A DNA stretch of 64,000 nt from an uncultured Aliarcobacter sp. (GTDB lineage Bacteria > Campylobacterota > Campylobacteria > Campylobacterales > Arcobacteraceae). This document shows positions 19,504 through 30,349 of the stretch, one piece after another; position 1 is the first letter of the stretch, and every line of letters starts with the position of its first letter. Position numbers and translations under genes: made by a program. Below the pieces are notes generated by a model. That model was not told the DNA's origin and did not search any database. It saw nothing but the letters and a program-made list of their open reading frames with translations. The stretch lies in the NCBI GenBank assembly GCA_963677435.1, contig OY781945.1, positions 2,592,001-2,656,000 on the forward strand, in the 5' to 3' direction.

Positions 19504-19753
19504 CTTTTACCTCCTAAATTATTTAAAAATCTTTTTAATATTATTCGTCAAAGTAATTATATGTTTTATAACTTAAAATGAAACTTAAAATATTAATTTT
19601 TCTTATATAAAATTTTTAAACAGTAGCAATAGAATAGCATTATATTAGGGCTTTGTAGCGATACATAACGATAAATGAGTATTCATTTTATCAATTTTTT
19701 TAATAAAAAAATTGATAAAATTTATTACTCATAAAGAAATTATTTTGAATAAA

Positions 19754-20914
19754 TTATAAGGGATTTGGATTGAAAATTTTATATAGTTTTCTAATAAAAA
19801 TCATCAAGAATAGACCATCTATCATACTTGCGATTATAAAAGAAAAATATTCAGATTGAGTAATCAAACCATAGTTTAAAGAAAGCATTGCAATTGCAAC
19901 CATAAAAGTTAATGGCATAGAATCACTTAATGCAAATAGAGTTGTTTGCTTAAATTTTAAGTATTTATAAAAAGATAAATATGAACTTATTAGTCTAATT
20001 ATAATTATTGAAAACATAATAAAAATAGCATGTTTCAAAATATCAAAAGTAATCATTTCAAGTTTTACAGTTGAACCTGTGTAAATAAAAAAGATAGGAA
20101 CAAAAAAACCAAATCCAAAAGATTCTATTTTTTCAAGAAGTTCATGTTTTTGGTTAAAAAACATTTTAAAAAATAATCCAGCTGTAAATGCTCCTAAAAC
20201 AACATCTATTTTTAAAACAAGCATAATTGCAACCAAAATTAATAAACTTGAGATTGAAAATCTTATGTCTTGGTTATATCTATCGTTTTGTGAATCTGGT
20301 ATTAAAAAGTTTTTTAACTCGGGAAACCACCAAAATAAAAGATATGAAATCCTTAAGCCTAAAATACTAATAGCAATTACACTGAAGATTGTTAAAATTG
20401 AAAGAAAAAATTGAATATTAAAACCATTCTCTATCCAACCACTAAATAAAGTAAGTGCTAAAATACTTATAACTTCACCAACAACACCTATTGATAAAGC
20501 TAAATTTAGCCAAGGTTCATCCTTACCGTACTCTTTTATAAGCATCATAATCATACCTAAAGAGAAAATAGGCAGAGCAACAAAGTATGTTATTCCTAAG
20601 TCAAAAAGCCAACAAACAATACCTGCAATTGAATATAAAAATACAAAATACAAAATTACATTAATAGCTAATGTTGCTTTTATGATTTTTACAAGTTTCA
20701 GATTTATTTCTAGTCCAGCTAAAAACATCAAATAAACAAAGCCAAATTTAGCTACTAGCTTAAGAATTTCATCATCATACAATAAACCAAAATATCCAGC
20801 AAACAATCCTAAAAATATTTCAACTACAACAACTGGAGTACGAGATAGTTTAGAAACACCTGGAGAAATCATAATTATGGTACAAACAGTTATAATCAAA
20901 AAGAATTTTTCCAC
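19754..20914 (-). CDS. CPA2 family cation:proton antiporter
   Basis: Multi-TM; LMFLAGLE, LGAFTAG, GFFVPIFF. Confidence 0.88.
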   Translation of the reverse strand: MEKFFLIITVCTIIMISPGVSKLSRTPVVVVEIFLGLFAGYFGLLYDDEILKLVAKFGFVYLMFLAGLEINLKLVKIIKATLAINVILYFVFLYSIAGIVCWLFDLGITYFVALPIFSLGMIMMLIKEYGKDEPWLNLALSIGVVGEVISILALTLFSGWIENGFNIQFFLSILTIFSVIAISILGLRISYLLFWWFPELKNFLIPDSQNDRYNQDIRFSISSLLILVAIMLVLKIDVVLGAFTAGLFFKMFFNQKHELLEKIESFGFGFFVPIFFIYTGSTVKLEMITFDILKHAIFIMFSIIIIRLISSYLSFYKYLKFKQTTLFALSDSMPLTFMVAIAMLSLNYGLITQSEYFSFIIASMIDGLFLMIFIRKLYKIFNPNPL

Positions 20915-20959
20915 TTTTTTTCCTATAGGAATTTAATAAAATTTCAGTATTCTATAATA

Positions 20960-23020
20960 TTATTCTTGTGTTTGAGATTCGTCATCCTCTTTAATTACAA
21001 GTCCTGCTTCTCTTAAAAATGGACTAGCTACAAATGTCATCTTTTTTATTTTGTCAAATTTGGCATAAGAAAGATACAAAATATCTTTTGCTCTTGTAAC
21101 AGCTACATAAAATAGTCGTCTTTCTTCTTCTATGCTTCCACCTTTACTCATTAGCTTTCTATTCGGAAATCTTCCATCCATTAAGTCAATAACATAAACT
21201 TCTTTGAATTCTAAACCTTTACTTGCATGAATTGAAAGAAGATTTACACCATCTCCTTCACTCATTTCACTTCCACCTAAAATCATTGAGTTTATGAATT
21301 TAGAAAGGTCATTAAAATTTCTTGATATATTTTTTAAAAGCATTACTTTTCTATTTATTTTAGCAAGTGATTTTGTTTTTTGACTTGGATTTATTGTTCC
21401 ATCTTTTTGTGTTGCTCTTTTTGTAGATAAAAAATCTTTTAATTTTGAGTATGCCATAGAAGATGAAATACTTGAAACTAAAGTCTCTGGAATTTTTGTT
21501 CTTCTTAAATGTTTCATTAGCAAATAAATATCGTATAAATATTTTCCACCATCTACATTTAATTTTGGATGTTTTAAAATTGGATTTCCTAAAAAAGCCT
21601 CTTCAAAATTACAATCTTTAAACTTTGAAATAGAACCTAACTCTATAAAATCATCAAAAAGCCCCAATTGTCTATTTTTAACTTTTCCATTTTCGTAAGG
21701 ATTGTTTATATCTTCTCGTGGATGAAATAAACCTTTTAATAAATCTCCATCACCTAGTTTTATAAGTGCATCAAAAACATCTTTTGCAATTGCTTTTCCA
21801 ATACCTTTTCCATGTTCAACAACATGAATAAAAGCCATCATATCATTGTGCGTGATTTGCATAACTAAAATATCAAGTATAAATTTCACTTCAACTGAAT
21901 CAAAAAAACTCATTCCACCTTTTCGTTTTGCGGGAATTGAAAACTCTCTTAAGTTTGCTTCTATTCCATCAGCACTTGAGTTGTTTCTATAAATAATCGC
22001 TATGTCATTGTGAGGAGTTGTACTTTTAGAAATCAATTCTGAAATATATTCATATTGGGAAAAAAGTTCATTAAAAGCTAATAATTTTGGTTTGTGTTCA
22101 TTTTCAGTTCGTACAACTTCAAGTTTTTTCTCATAAACCCTTTCATTGTATTCTATAACTTTAGTGGCTAAATCTAAAATCGGTTTTGTAGAACGATAAT
22201 TTTTTCTCAAAGTAAAAACTGTTGCATCTTTATATCTATCACCAAAAGTAGAAATAATCCCAATATCTGAGCCATTAAAAGCATAAATACTTTGGTCATA
22301 ATCACCTACACAAAATAGAGATTTAGGTCTAAAAGCATCAAGAAGTCGTCCTTGAAGTGGATTTGTATCTTGATATTCATCTACTAAAATTTCTTTGAAT
22401 TCAAACTCTTTTTCTTTTAAAGTCTCTAACATAATTGTTAATAAATCATCAAAGTTTGCATACCCATATTTTGTTTTTAATTCATGAAATTCAGCAACAA
22501 CATCTTCATAAATTAAAGTATATAGTTCATGGCTTTCATTTTTTGATTTTACCCACTCACCAAACTCTTCCCCATCATTTGAATTTAAATACAAAGAGTA
22601 CATATCATATAAATATCCACCATCATAAGGATTTGCATCTTCATGTCTATCAAAAAATACTCTTTTTTCATAGATTGATTTGAATAATGTTTTTAGTTCA
22701 TTTGGTTGTTTTAGAGTTATATTTACATTTAATTCTTTTAAAAGTTTATATGAAACAGAGTGAAAAGTTCCTGCCATAATTTGTTTTGCAATATCTTTTC
22801 CAAAAAATTTAGCAACTCTCGCTACCATTTCAGCTGCTGCTTTATTTGTAAAAGTTAAAAGTAAAATTTCATTTGGTTTTACACCACTATTTATAAGTGT
22901 TGCAATTCTTCCTACAATAGTAGAAGTTTTGCCTGTTCCTGCACTAGCAATAATAAGATTATAGCCAGCAGGACAAGTAGCTGCGCTTAGTTGTTCTTGA
23001 TTTAAGTTCGATAAAGGCAT
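20960..23020 (-). CDS. UvrD/Rep family ATP-dependent helicase
   Basis: ASAGTGKT, DEYQD, VGDYDQSIY, HASKGLEF, EERRLFYVAVTRA. Confidence 0.95.
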   Translation of the reverse strand: MPLSNLNQEQLSAATCPAGYNLIIASAGTGKTSTIVGRIATLINSGVKPNEILLLTFTNKAAAEMVARVAKFFGKDIAKQIMAGTFHSVSYKLLKELNVNITLKQPNELKTLFKSIYEKRVFFDRHEDANPYDGGYLYDMYSLYLNSNDGEEFGEWVKSKNESHELYTLIYEDVVAEFHELKTKYGYANFDDLLTIMLETLKEKEFEFKEILVDEYQDTNPLQGRLLDAFRPKSLFCVGDYDQSIYAFNGSDIGIISTFGDRYKDATVFTLRKNYRSTKPILDLATKVIEYNERVYEKKLEVVRTENEHKPKLLAFNELFSQYEYISELISKSTTPHNDIAIIYRNNSSADGIEANLREFSIPAKRKGGMSFFDSVEVKFILDILVMQITHNDMMAFIHVVEHGKGIGKAIAKDVFDALIKLGDGDLLKGLFHPREDINNPYENGKVKNRQLGLFDDFIELGSISKFKDCNFEEAFLGNPILKHPKLNVDGGKYLYDIYLLMKHLRRTKIPETLVSSISSSMAYSKLKDFLSTKRATQKDGTINPSQKTKSLAKINRKVMLLKNISRNFNDLSKFINSMILGGSEMSEGDGVNLLSIHASKGLEFKEVYVIDLMDGRFPNRKLMSKGGSIEEERRLFYVAVTRAKDILYLSYAKFDKIKKMTFVASPFLREAGLVIKEDDESQTQE

Positions 23021-23100
23021 GGATTAGTTGTTTGTTGTATTTATAAAAAGTGTTATCATTTCGCAATAGTAGCATAATAGATTTAAGAAAGATTGAAAAT

Positions 23101-23216
23101 AAAAAAGGGATGTACTCTTGACATCCCTTCTTTATACAAGGAAACATAAAAATTATTTGTCTAAGAAATCTATCTTAAGCGCTTGCATAAATAAGTCGCT
23201 GCGTCAACTTATCTAT
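23101..23216 (-). ncRNA. Candidate small regulatory RNA
   Basis: TGaTAAAAT extended -10 at 23231-23223; 5' hairpin with a strand-specific G-U pair; TTTCCTTG anti-SD; GGGATGT/ACATCCC terminator plus T6. Confidence 0.55.
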
Positions 23217-23363
23217 GAATTAATTTTATCAGCCCATAATTAACTAAAATACAATCGAGAATTAATGAATAGTTAACTTGACGCTATATTTGAAAATAAA
23301 GCTAAAAAAAAAGATGAAATATTTAAATTTCATCTTTTTTAATTTATTTTTAAAGCAAAAGCA

Positions 23364-23702
<339 letters not shown>

Positions 23703-23723
23703 TTATTCCTCTTTTAGTATATT

Positions 23724-25043
23724 TTATAGGTTAAAGCCACGTTCACCGTGTACTGATTCATCTAAACCTTGACTCTCTTTATCTTCATTTACACGCGCTC
23801 CACCAGTAAGGAATGAGGCAATATAATAAACAACGATTGTACCAATTAATGTATATGCACCTACAATTAATGCAGATTCACATTGAACTAAAATTTGACC
23901 TAATCTATCATCTGAAGCTTTAAGTGGACCATCCCATAATAAATCTTTATCATTAAGTGCAAAGATACCTGTTGCTATTGCTCCCCATAAACCAGCAAGG
24001 AAGTGAATACCAAATGCATCTAAACTATCATCATATCCAAGTTTTTTCTTAACTATAGAAACACCAAAGAATGCAACAATTGCTCCAACAATACCGATAA
24101 TTAAAGCTCCACCTACACTTACAAATCCAGCAGCAGGAGTAATAGCAACCAACCCAGCAATAGCACCAGAAGCAGCACCTAAAAGTGTTGGTTTTTTAAA
24201 TATTATAGCTTCAATTGCTAACCATGCAAGAGTTGCCACAGCAGCAGCTACAGTTGTTGTTAAAAATGCTACACCAGCGATTGCATTTGCACCAAATGCA
24301 GAACCTGCATTAAATCCATACCAACCGAACCATAAAAGACCAGCACCAACTGCTGTTAAAATAATACTTACAGGTTTCATTGCTACTTTATTATAACCAG
24401 CTCTTTTTCCAAGAAGCACAGCTAAAACTAAACCAGCAAGACCACCATTCATATGAACAACTGTTCCACCTGCGAAGTCAAGAGCACCTTCATTAAATAA
24501 GTATCCTCCACCCCAAACCATGTGTGCAATTGGTGCATAAACAACAATTGTCCAAATAGCTGCAAAAGTCATCCATGAAGAAAATTTCATTCTTTCAATA
24601 ACTGAACCAGAAGCAATTGCTACAGTAATTGCTGCAAAAGTACCTTGGAAAACTACAAATACAAATTTAGGATAAAGTTGTCCTAAATCAACACTTGCAA
24701 AATCTTTCCAACTAATGCCATTTAGCATAACATTTTCAAATCCACCTATAAATTCATTCATAGAACCATCAATAGTTCCAAATGCTATAGAAAACCCTGC
24801 GACTATCCATGCAATAAATGCAATTGCAAAAGAACCAAATACCATTGAATATGTATTTAGTATATTTTTTGATCTTGTCATTCCACCATAAAATAAAGCC
24901 AACCCAATTGGAGTCATTAACATAACTAATGCTGTTGAGATCATCATCCAAGCAGTATCACCTGAATTTATTACTGGTTCAGCTGCATCTTCTGCAAATG
25001 CTAGAACACTTAATAAGGGAATTGATAAAAGCCACTTTTTCAT
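23724..25043 (-). CDS. amtB: Ammonium transporter
   Basis: DFAGGTVVH, WFGWYGFNAGS, DDSLDAFGIH. Confidence 0.97.
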   Translation of the reverse strand: MKKWLLSIPLLSVLAFAEDAAEPVINSGDTAWMMISTALVMLMTPIGLALFYGGMTRSKNILNTYSMVFGSFAIAFIAWIVAGFSIAFGTIDGSMNEFIGGFENVMLNGISWKDFASVDLGQLYPKFVFVVFQGTFAAITVAIASGSVIERMKFSSWMTFAAIWTIVVYAPIAHMVWGGGYLFNEGALDFAGGTVVHMNGGLAGLVLAVLLGKRAGYNKVAMKPVSIILTAVGAGLLWFGWYGFNAGSAFGANAIAGVAFLTTTVAAAVATLAWLAIEAIIFKKPTLLGAASGAIAGLVAITPAAGFVSVGGALIIGIVGAIVAFFGVSIVKKKLGYDDSLDAFGIHFLAGLWGAIATGIFALNDKDLLWDGPLKASDDRLGQILVQCESALIVGAYTLIGTIVVYYIASFLTGGARVNEDKESQGLDESVHGERGFNL

Positions 25044-25320
25044 TCATTATCCTTTGTTTTTTTATATAAAGAAATTTATCATTTTTTTTAAGAAAAAAAT
25101 ACAATACAACTGGTTAAATAATAACCAATTTCAAATGATTTATATTATTGACTAATTTTTATCGAGCAAATATGCTAAATGAGAAGATTTATCTCAATTA
25201 TTTAATATTTTAATATTATGGTTAATTTTTCAATTTAAATCTCTTCACTTATTTTAATACTATGTTATTATTAATAATCTATTTACCATTGTTACTAATT
25301 CTAAAATTTAAAGAGCTACA

Positions 25321-26361
25321 ATGAAACATATATTTTGTATTTTCATCATGATTACTTGTTTATTTGCACAACAAAGAGTTTTAAAAGTTTCTAATTTTAT
25401 TGATTATATTGATGTGGAATTATTAAAAGATTTTGCTTATAAAAATGATATAAAAATAGTATATGATATCCATGAAGTAAATGAGGATATATATACAAAA
25501 ATAAATGAAAAGAATGATTATGATTTACTCATTGTTTCCTCAAATTATGTAACTAAACTAAAAAAACTCAATAAATTAGAAAAAATAGACCCTAAGAACT
25601 TAAAAAATTATCCAAATATAAATCAAGATTTTCTACAAACTACTTTTATAAACTCTTCTGAATACACAATTCCATATTTAGGGGGAACTGTTGGTTTAAT
25701 CTATAATAAAAAACTTGTAAAAGAGCCTATAAAAGAATGGAACGATTTATGGAAAGATGAATTCAAAAATTCAATTTTATTATCAAATGAACCAGCCGAT
25801 GTAATAGCAATCACCTTAAAATCTCTAGGTTATAGTGCCAATAGTACAAATAAGCAAGAGATAAATAAAGCCAATGAAAAATTAAAAAAACTAATCCCAA
25901 ATATTAAAGATATAAGTTCAGCAAATGCAATTACATATTTTATTACAAATAATTTTGCTGTTGGAATGGCATTTAGTGGAGATGCTAAATTAATACTTGA
26001 TAATTCTAAAGATTTTGAATTTATTTATCCTAAAGAAGGTGCTTTAAAATGGGCAGATGGAATGGTTATTTTAAAAGATTCAAAAAATAAAGATTTAGCA
26101 TATAAATTTATTGATTTTATTATTGATGAAAAGAATTCAGCAAAAATAGGAAATGCAACTGGATATGCTATTTCAAGTGAAGTTTCAAAAAAATATGTGA
26201 ATGAAAAAGATTTATCAAACAATGTTACTTATCCAAATGAAAAAAATCTATTAAATTCTGAAATATTATTTGATAATGAAGATACATATATGAATATTGT
26301 AGAAAAATTTGAGAGTTTTAAAAGAGACTACTTCAAAAGTAAGGACTTAAATGAAAAATAA
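25321..26361 (+). CDS. PotD/PotF-like periplasmic polyamine-binding protein
   Basis: YDLLIVS, WNDLW, PKEGALKWADGMVI, AYKFIDF. Confidence 0.85.
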   Translation: MKHIFCIFIMITCLFAQQRVLKVSNFIDYIDVELLKDFAYKNDIKIVYDIHEVNEDIYTKINEKNDYDLLIVSSNYVTKLKKLNKLEKIDPKNLKNYPNINQDFLQTTFINSSEYTIPYLGGTVGLIYNKKLVKEPIKEWNDLWKDEFKNSILLSNEPADVIAITLKSLGYSANSTNKQEINKANEKLKKLIPNIKDISSANAITYFITNNFAVGMAFSGDAKLILDNSKDFEFIYPKEGALKWADGMVILKDSKNKDLAYKFIDFIIDEKNSAKIGNATGYAISSEVSKKYVNEKDLSNNVTYPNEKNLLNSEILFDNEDTYMNIVEKFESFKRDYFKSKDLNEK

Positions 26362-28744
26362 TAGATATACCTTTATGGTGAGTATTTTTGTCTTATTTGG
26401 ATCTTTGACGCTTTTCCTATCATTATTTTTAATATCAAACTTTTATTTGCGAGGATTAGATCAATCCTATAAAATGTTAGAAGAAAAGAATTTTGAAATT
26501 ACCAATAATTTATCAAATACAATTATGGAATCCCTAAAAAGTATCGTTGGGCAATTAAATGTTCTATCAAAAATTACTGATAATACAAATATTATTACAA
26601 ATGAAGCGATTATTGAAAAAGTAATGTGGGAACAATTAAAATCAGATGAAAATATTGCTAGTGTTTTTTTAGCAGATGAATATGGTAATTTTTTACAAAC
26701 AAGAAGAGAACCAACTTTTGCATATAGAAGTATAAATAAAATAGACAAAAGAGATTTAGATTCTTGGTATTATAAAAATGAACACTATTTAACAACATCT
26801 ATTGTAATAAATAAATCTACCTATGACCCAAGAAAAAGAGATTGGTATAAATTTGTTGAAAGTTCTAAAATTTATTGGTCTGAACCATATATTTTTGACT
26901 CTACAAAAGAACCAGGAATTACCATATCTGTTGGAGATTTTAATGAATATAACCAAAAAATAAAAGTTGCTGCTGCTGACTTTACTTTAAATAAAATATC
27001 TAAATTATTAGAAAAAAAAGCTCATGTTTTAAATGGAAAATTAATTTTATTTAATCAGTCAAAAGATGTTATTGCAACTTCATTAAATATTGATTTAAAA
27101 AGTAGTGACAATAAACTTTTGAATCTTGATAATATGGAATCTTCTTTATATTCAAATACTTTTAAAAAAATAGAAAAAAACTTATTTACAGGTGAATTAA
27201 AAGATAAAGATGGAAAAGAATATATATATTTTGTTTCAAAACTACAAAAAAGTAGTGGACAAAACTGGTATATTGCTTCTTATGTAGAGAAAGATATTGT
27301 AACAGCTAATATTAGAAATACTCTTATAAATAGTGTCATAATTTCATTTTTTATTATAATAATTATCTATTTCCCTATTCATTATATATTGCAAAGGTTT
27401 GTTACAAAACCAATAAATGAATTAGAGGTTTTAACAAATGAAATAGCACAAAATAAATATGATAATGTAAAACCTGTAAAAACTACTATATATGAATTTC
27501 ATAAATTATCAACTTCCATTGTAAGTATGTCCAAATCAATTCAAAAATATGAAAAAGAACAAATTAATTTAATTGATTCATTTATTAAAATTTTAGCTGA
27601 AGCTATAGATTCAAAATCTGCCTATACGGGTGGACATTGTAAAAGAGTTCCTGAATTAGCCATTTCTCTTGCTAAAGTTGCATGTGAGTCGAAGCATGGT
27701 GAGTTAGCTGATTTTAATTTTAAATCTCAAGAACAATGGAGAGAGTTCAAAATAGCTGCGTGGTTACATGATTGTGGAAAAATAGTAATGCCTGAATATG
27801 TTGTAGATAAAGCAACAAAACTAGAGACCATTTACAATAGAATTCATGAAATAAGAACAAGATTTGAAGTTTTACATAGAGATGCAACTATTAAATATTA
27901 TGAACAACTAATACAAAATCCTCAAAATAAAAATCAATTAGAAGAAGAGTTAAAACAAAAATATGAAAAACTAAGTTCTGATTTTGAGTTTATTGCTAAA
28001 TGTAACATTGGTGGCGAATTTATGGAGCAATCAAGTATTGATAGATTAGAAGAAATTGCTCAAATTACATGGTTAAGAAATTTTGATAATAGATTGGGCT
28101 TATCACATGAAGAGTTAAGAAGAATCGAAAATAAAGAAGCTTTTGTTCCCGTTATTGAAAATTTACTTCAAGATAAAAATGAACAGATTATTTATAGAAT
28201 GAGAAAAATAGATTTAGATGAATACAAAAAATTTGGTTTTAAAATGGATGTTCCAAAATATGAAAGAAATTTAGGAGAGTTTTATAATCTTAGTATAAAA
28301 AAAGGAACATTAACCAATGAAGAAAGATTTAAAATCAACGAACATATAATTATGACAATTAAAATGCTTGAAAATATTCCATTTACTTCTAATCTAAAAA
28401 ATGTTCCGGAATATGCAGGTTCGCACCATGAAACAATGATAGGAACAGGATATCCAAGAAAATTAGTAAAAAATGAGATCTCAATTCCAGCTAGAATCAT
28501 GGCAATTGCTGATATTTTTGAAGCATTAACAGCAGCTGATAGACCATACAAAAAAGCAAAAACTTTAAGTGAATCAATAAAAATTATGTCATTTATGAGA
28601 GATGATGAACATATAGACAGTGATCTTTTTGAAATATTTTTAACAAGTGGCGTTTATAAAGAGTATGCAAAAAACTTCTTATTAGATGAGCAAATTGATG
28701 AAGTTGATATTAGTAAATATTTAAAAAATCAAGAGAGTGTATAA
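26351..28744 (+). CDS. Membrane Cache-HAMP-HD-GYP phosphodiesterase
   Basis: Two TM; YDPRKRDWY..WSEPY (dCache); GHCKRV, WLHDCGK, HHE, GTGYP, ADIFEALTA. Confidence 0.9.
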   Translation: MKNNRYTFMVSIFVLFGSLTLFLSLFLISNFYLRGLDQSYKMLEEKNFEITNNLSNTIMESLKSIVGQLNVLSKITDNTNIITNEAIIEKVMWEQLKSDENIASVFLADEYGNFLQTRREPTFAYRSINKIDKRDLDSWYYKNEHYLTTSIVINKSTYDPRKRDWYKFVESSKIYWSEPYIFDSTKEPGITISVGDFNEYNQKIKVAAADFTLNKISKLLEKKAHVLNGKLILFNQSKDVIATSLNIDLKSSDNKLLNLDNMESSLYSNTFKKIEKNLFTGELKDKDGKEYIYFVSKLQKSSGQNWYIASYVEKDIVTANIRNTLINSVIISFFIIIIIYFPIHYILQRFVTKPINELEVLTNEIAQNKYDNVKPVKTTIYEFHKLSTSIVSMSKSIQKYEKEQINLIDSFIKILAEAIDSKSAYTGGHCKRVPELAISLAKVACESKHGELADFNFKSQEQWREFKIAAWLHDCGKIVMPEYVVDKATKLETIYNRIHEIRTRFEVLHRDATIKYYEQLIQNPQNKNQLEEELKQKYEKLSSDFEFIAKCNIGGEFMEQSSIDRLEEIAQITWLRNFDNRLGLSHEELRRIENKEAFVPVIENLLQDKNEQIIYRMRKIDLDEYKKFGFKMDVPKYERNLGEFYNLSIKKGTLTNEERFKINEHIIMTIKMLENIPFTSNLKNVPEYAGSHHETMIGTGYPRKLVKNEISIPARIMAIADIFEALTAADRPYKKAKTLSESIKIMSFMRDDEHIDSDLFEIFLTSGVYKEYAKNFLLDEQIDEVDISKYLKNQESV

Positions 28745-28776
28745 AATAGACTCTCTTGAAAACGAAGTAGATTTAA

Positions 28777-29328
28777 TTATTTGTATCTATTTGTTATTTG
28801 CTGTAAAAGTTTGTAATATCCAATTATCAAAATAATCCCAATATAGACAAACTGCAAAATACTTATAGCTTTTTGAGCCATAATCCAATGAATTGTAATT
28901 AATATTAAAGACAAATATACAAACTTGTGATATTTATTATATTTTCTAAATAATGTTTTTGTTGAAGTAATCGCCATAAATAAAATTACAAAAAAAGCAA
29001 TCATTCCAAGATATATAAATGGTTTGTCTAAAGTCTCTTTTATTACAAAATCAAAATCAAACTGAGCATCTAAAACTACAAAATTTAATAAATGTAAAAG
29101 TGCATAAAAAAAGCCTAAAAGTCCTATCTCTTTTCTATATTTCATCAAATTTATTTTGTTTTTTATCATTGAAATAGTAATAGAAAAAAGAATAATTACT
29201 GTAGCCGTTGCACCTGTTATTGTATAAATATATTTTATTGGGTCCGACACATCATCAAAAATAAATAATCTTGTTAATAAATAAATAATTGGTAAAAATG
29301 CAAATAAATAAATAAAAAATCTTTTCAT
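28777..29328 (-). CDS. msrQ: MsrQ haem-binding membrane subunit
   Basis: RKEIGLLGFFYALLH, AITS, H..VY...IH; coupled to msrP. Confidence 0.88.
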   Translation of the reverse strand: MKRFFIYLFAFLPIIYLLTRLFIFDDVSDPIKYIYTITGATATVIILFSITISMIKNKINLMKYRKEIGLLGFFYALLHLLNFVVLDAQFDFDFVIKETLDKPFIYLGMIAFFVILFMAITSTKTLFRKYNKYHKFVYLSLILITIHWIMAQKAISILQFVYIGIILIIGYYKLLQQITNRYK

Positions 29329-30287
29329 TATATAAACTTTGTTAAATCCATACCCGTATAAAGAGATGCAACCTCTTTTTCATAACCGTTAAACATTAAT
29401 GTATTTTGTTTAAAGAAACTTCCTAAAACTCTCTCTTTTTTTTGAGACCATCTTGGATGATCAACATTTGGATTTACATTTGCATAAAATCCATATTCTC
29501 TTGGATTTTGTTTTTGCCAAGTATTTAAAGGCTCTTTATCAACAAATGAGATTTTTACTATTGATTTTATAGATTTAAATCCATATTTCCAAGGAGTAAC
29601 TAATCTAATTGGCGCACCATTTTGTTTTGGCATTAAATCACCATAAAGTCCCACAGCTAAAAAAGATAAATCATTCATAGCTTCATCTATTCTAAGTCCT
29701 TCAACATAAGGATAATCCAAAGTTGCAAAAACTCCTCTATCTTGGTCAGGGAAAGAACGAGGATCAACTAAAGTTTCAAACTTCACATATTTAGCACTTG
29801 AAAGTGGTTTTACTTTTTTTATCAAAGAGCTAAGTAAAAAACCATCCCAAGGAACAACCATACTCCAACCCTCAACACATCTAAATCTATAAATTCTCTC
29901 TTCAAGTGTAAACATTTTTTTTAAATCATCTAAATCAATTTGCATTGGATTTTCAACTAATCCATCAATAGTGATTTTCCAATTATCTGTTTTTAGAGTA
30001 TGAGCCATATCCTTTACAGCACTTTGATTTGTAGTAAATTCATAAAAATTATTGTGAGATGTTATTTGTTCAAATGTATTTAATTTTAGATTATTTTTAT
30101 TTTCATCTTTTATAAAATCAAGAGTGACTTTTGGAAGATTTTCTTGTGCTAAAAGTTCCATTATCGCACCACTTGCAACCAATGAAGCAGCACCTAATTT
30201 TATAAAACTTCTTCTTGTTTCAAATAATTCTTTTGGAGTAACTTCATTTTGTGAAATTTCCCAAGATTTTTTTCTAATGATATTCAT
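29328..30287 (-). CDS. msrP: MsrP methionine-sulfoxide reductase
   Basis: Tat [31 protein letters not shown]. Confidence 0.96.
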   Translation of the reverse strand: MNIIRKKSWEISQNEVTPKELFETRRSFIKLGAASLVASGAIMELLAQENLPKVTLDFIKDENKNNLKLNTFEQITSHNNFYEFTTNQSAVKDMAHTLKTDNWKITIDGLVENPMQIDLDDLKKMFTLEERIYRFRCVEGWSMVVPWDGFLLSSLIKKVKPLSSAKYVKFETLVDPRSFPDQDRGVFATLDYPYVEGLRIDEAMNDLSFLAVGLYGDLMPKQNGAPIRLVTPWKYGFKSIKSIVKISFVDKEPLNTWQKQNPREYGFYANVNPNVDHPRWSQKKERVLGSFFKQNTLMFNGYEKEVASLYTGMDLTKFI

Positions 30288-30349
30288 AAATACCCTTTTT
30301 TTATAATTTCCATATTATAGAAATTTATTGTAAAGGGTATGTTTAGTTG

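Noticed and set aside
19570..19591. AACTTAAAAT direct repeat upstream of soxC as a specific operator
   Set aside because: On the coding strand it reads TTTTAAGTT, matching the generic periodic AT-rich upstream signal of Campylobacterota sigma70 promoters; cannot be distinguished from it
22959..23147. 62-aa ORF upstream of the helicase
   Set aside because: Runs through a terminator and overlaps the helicase start out of frame; no RBS
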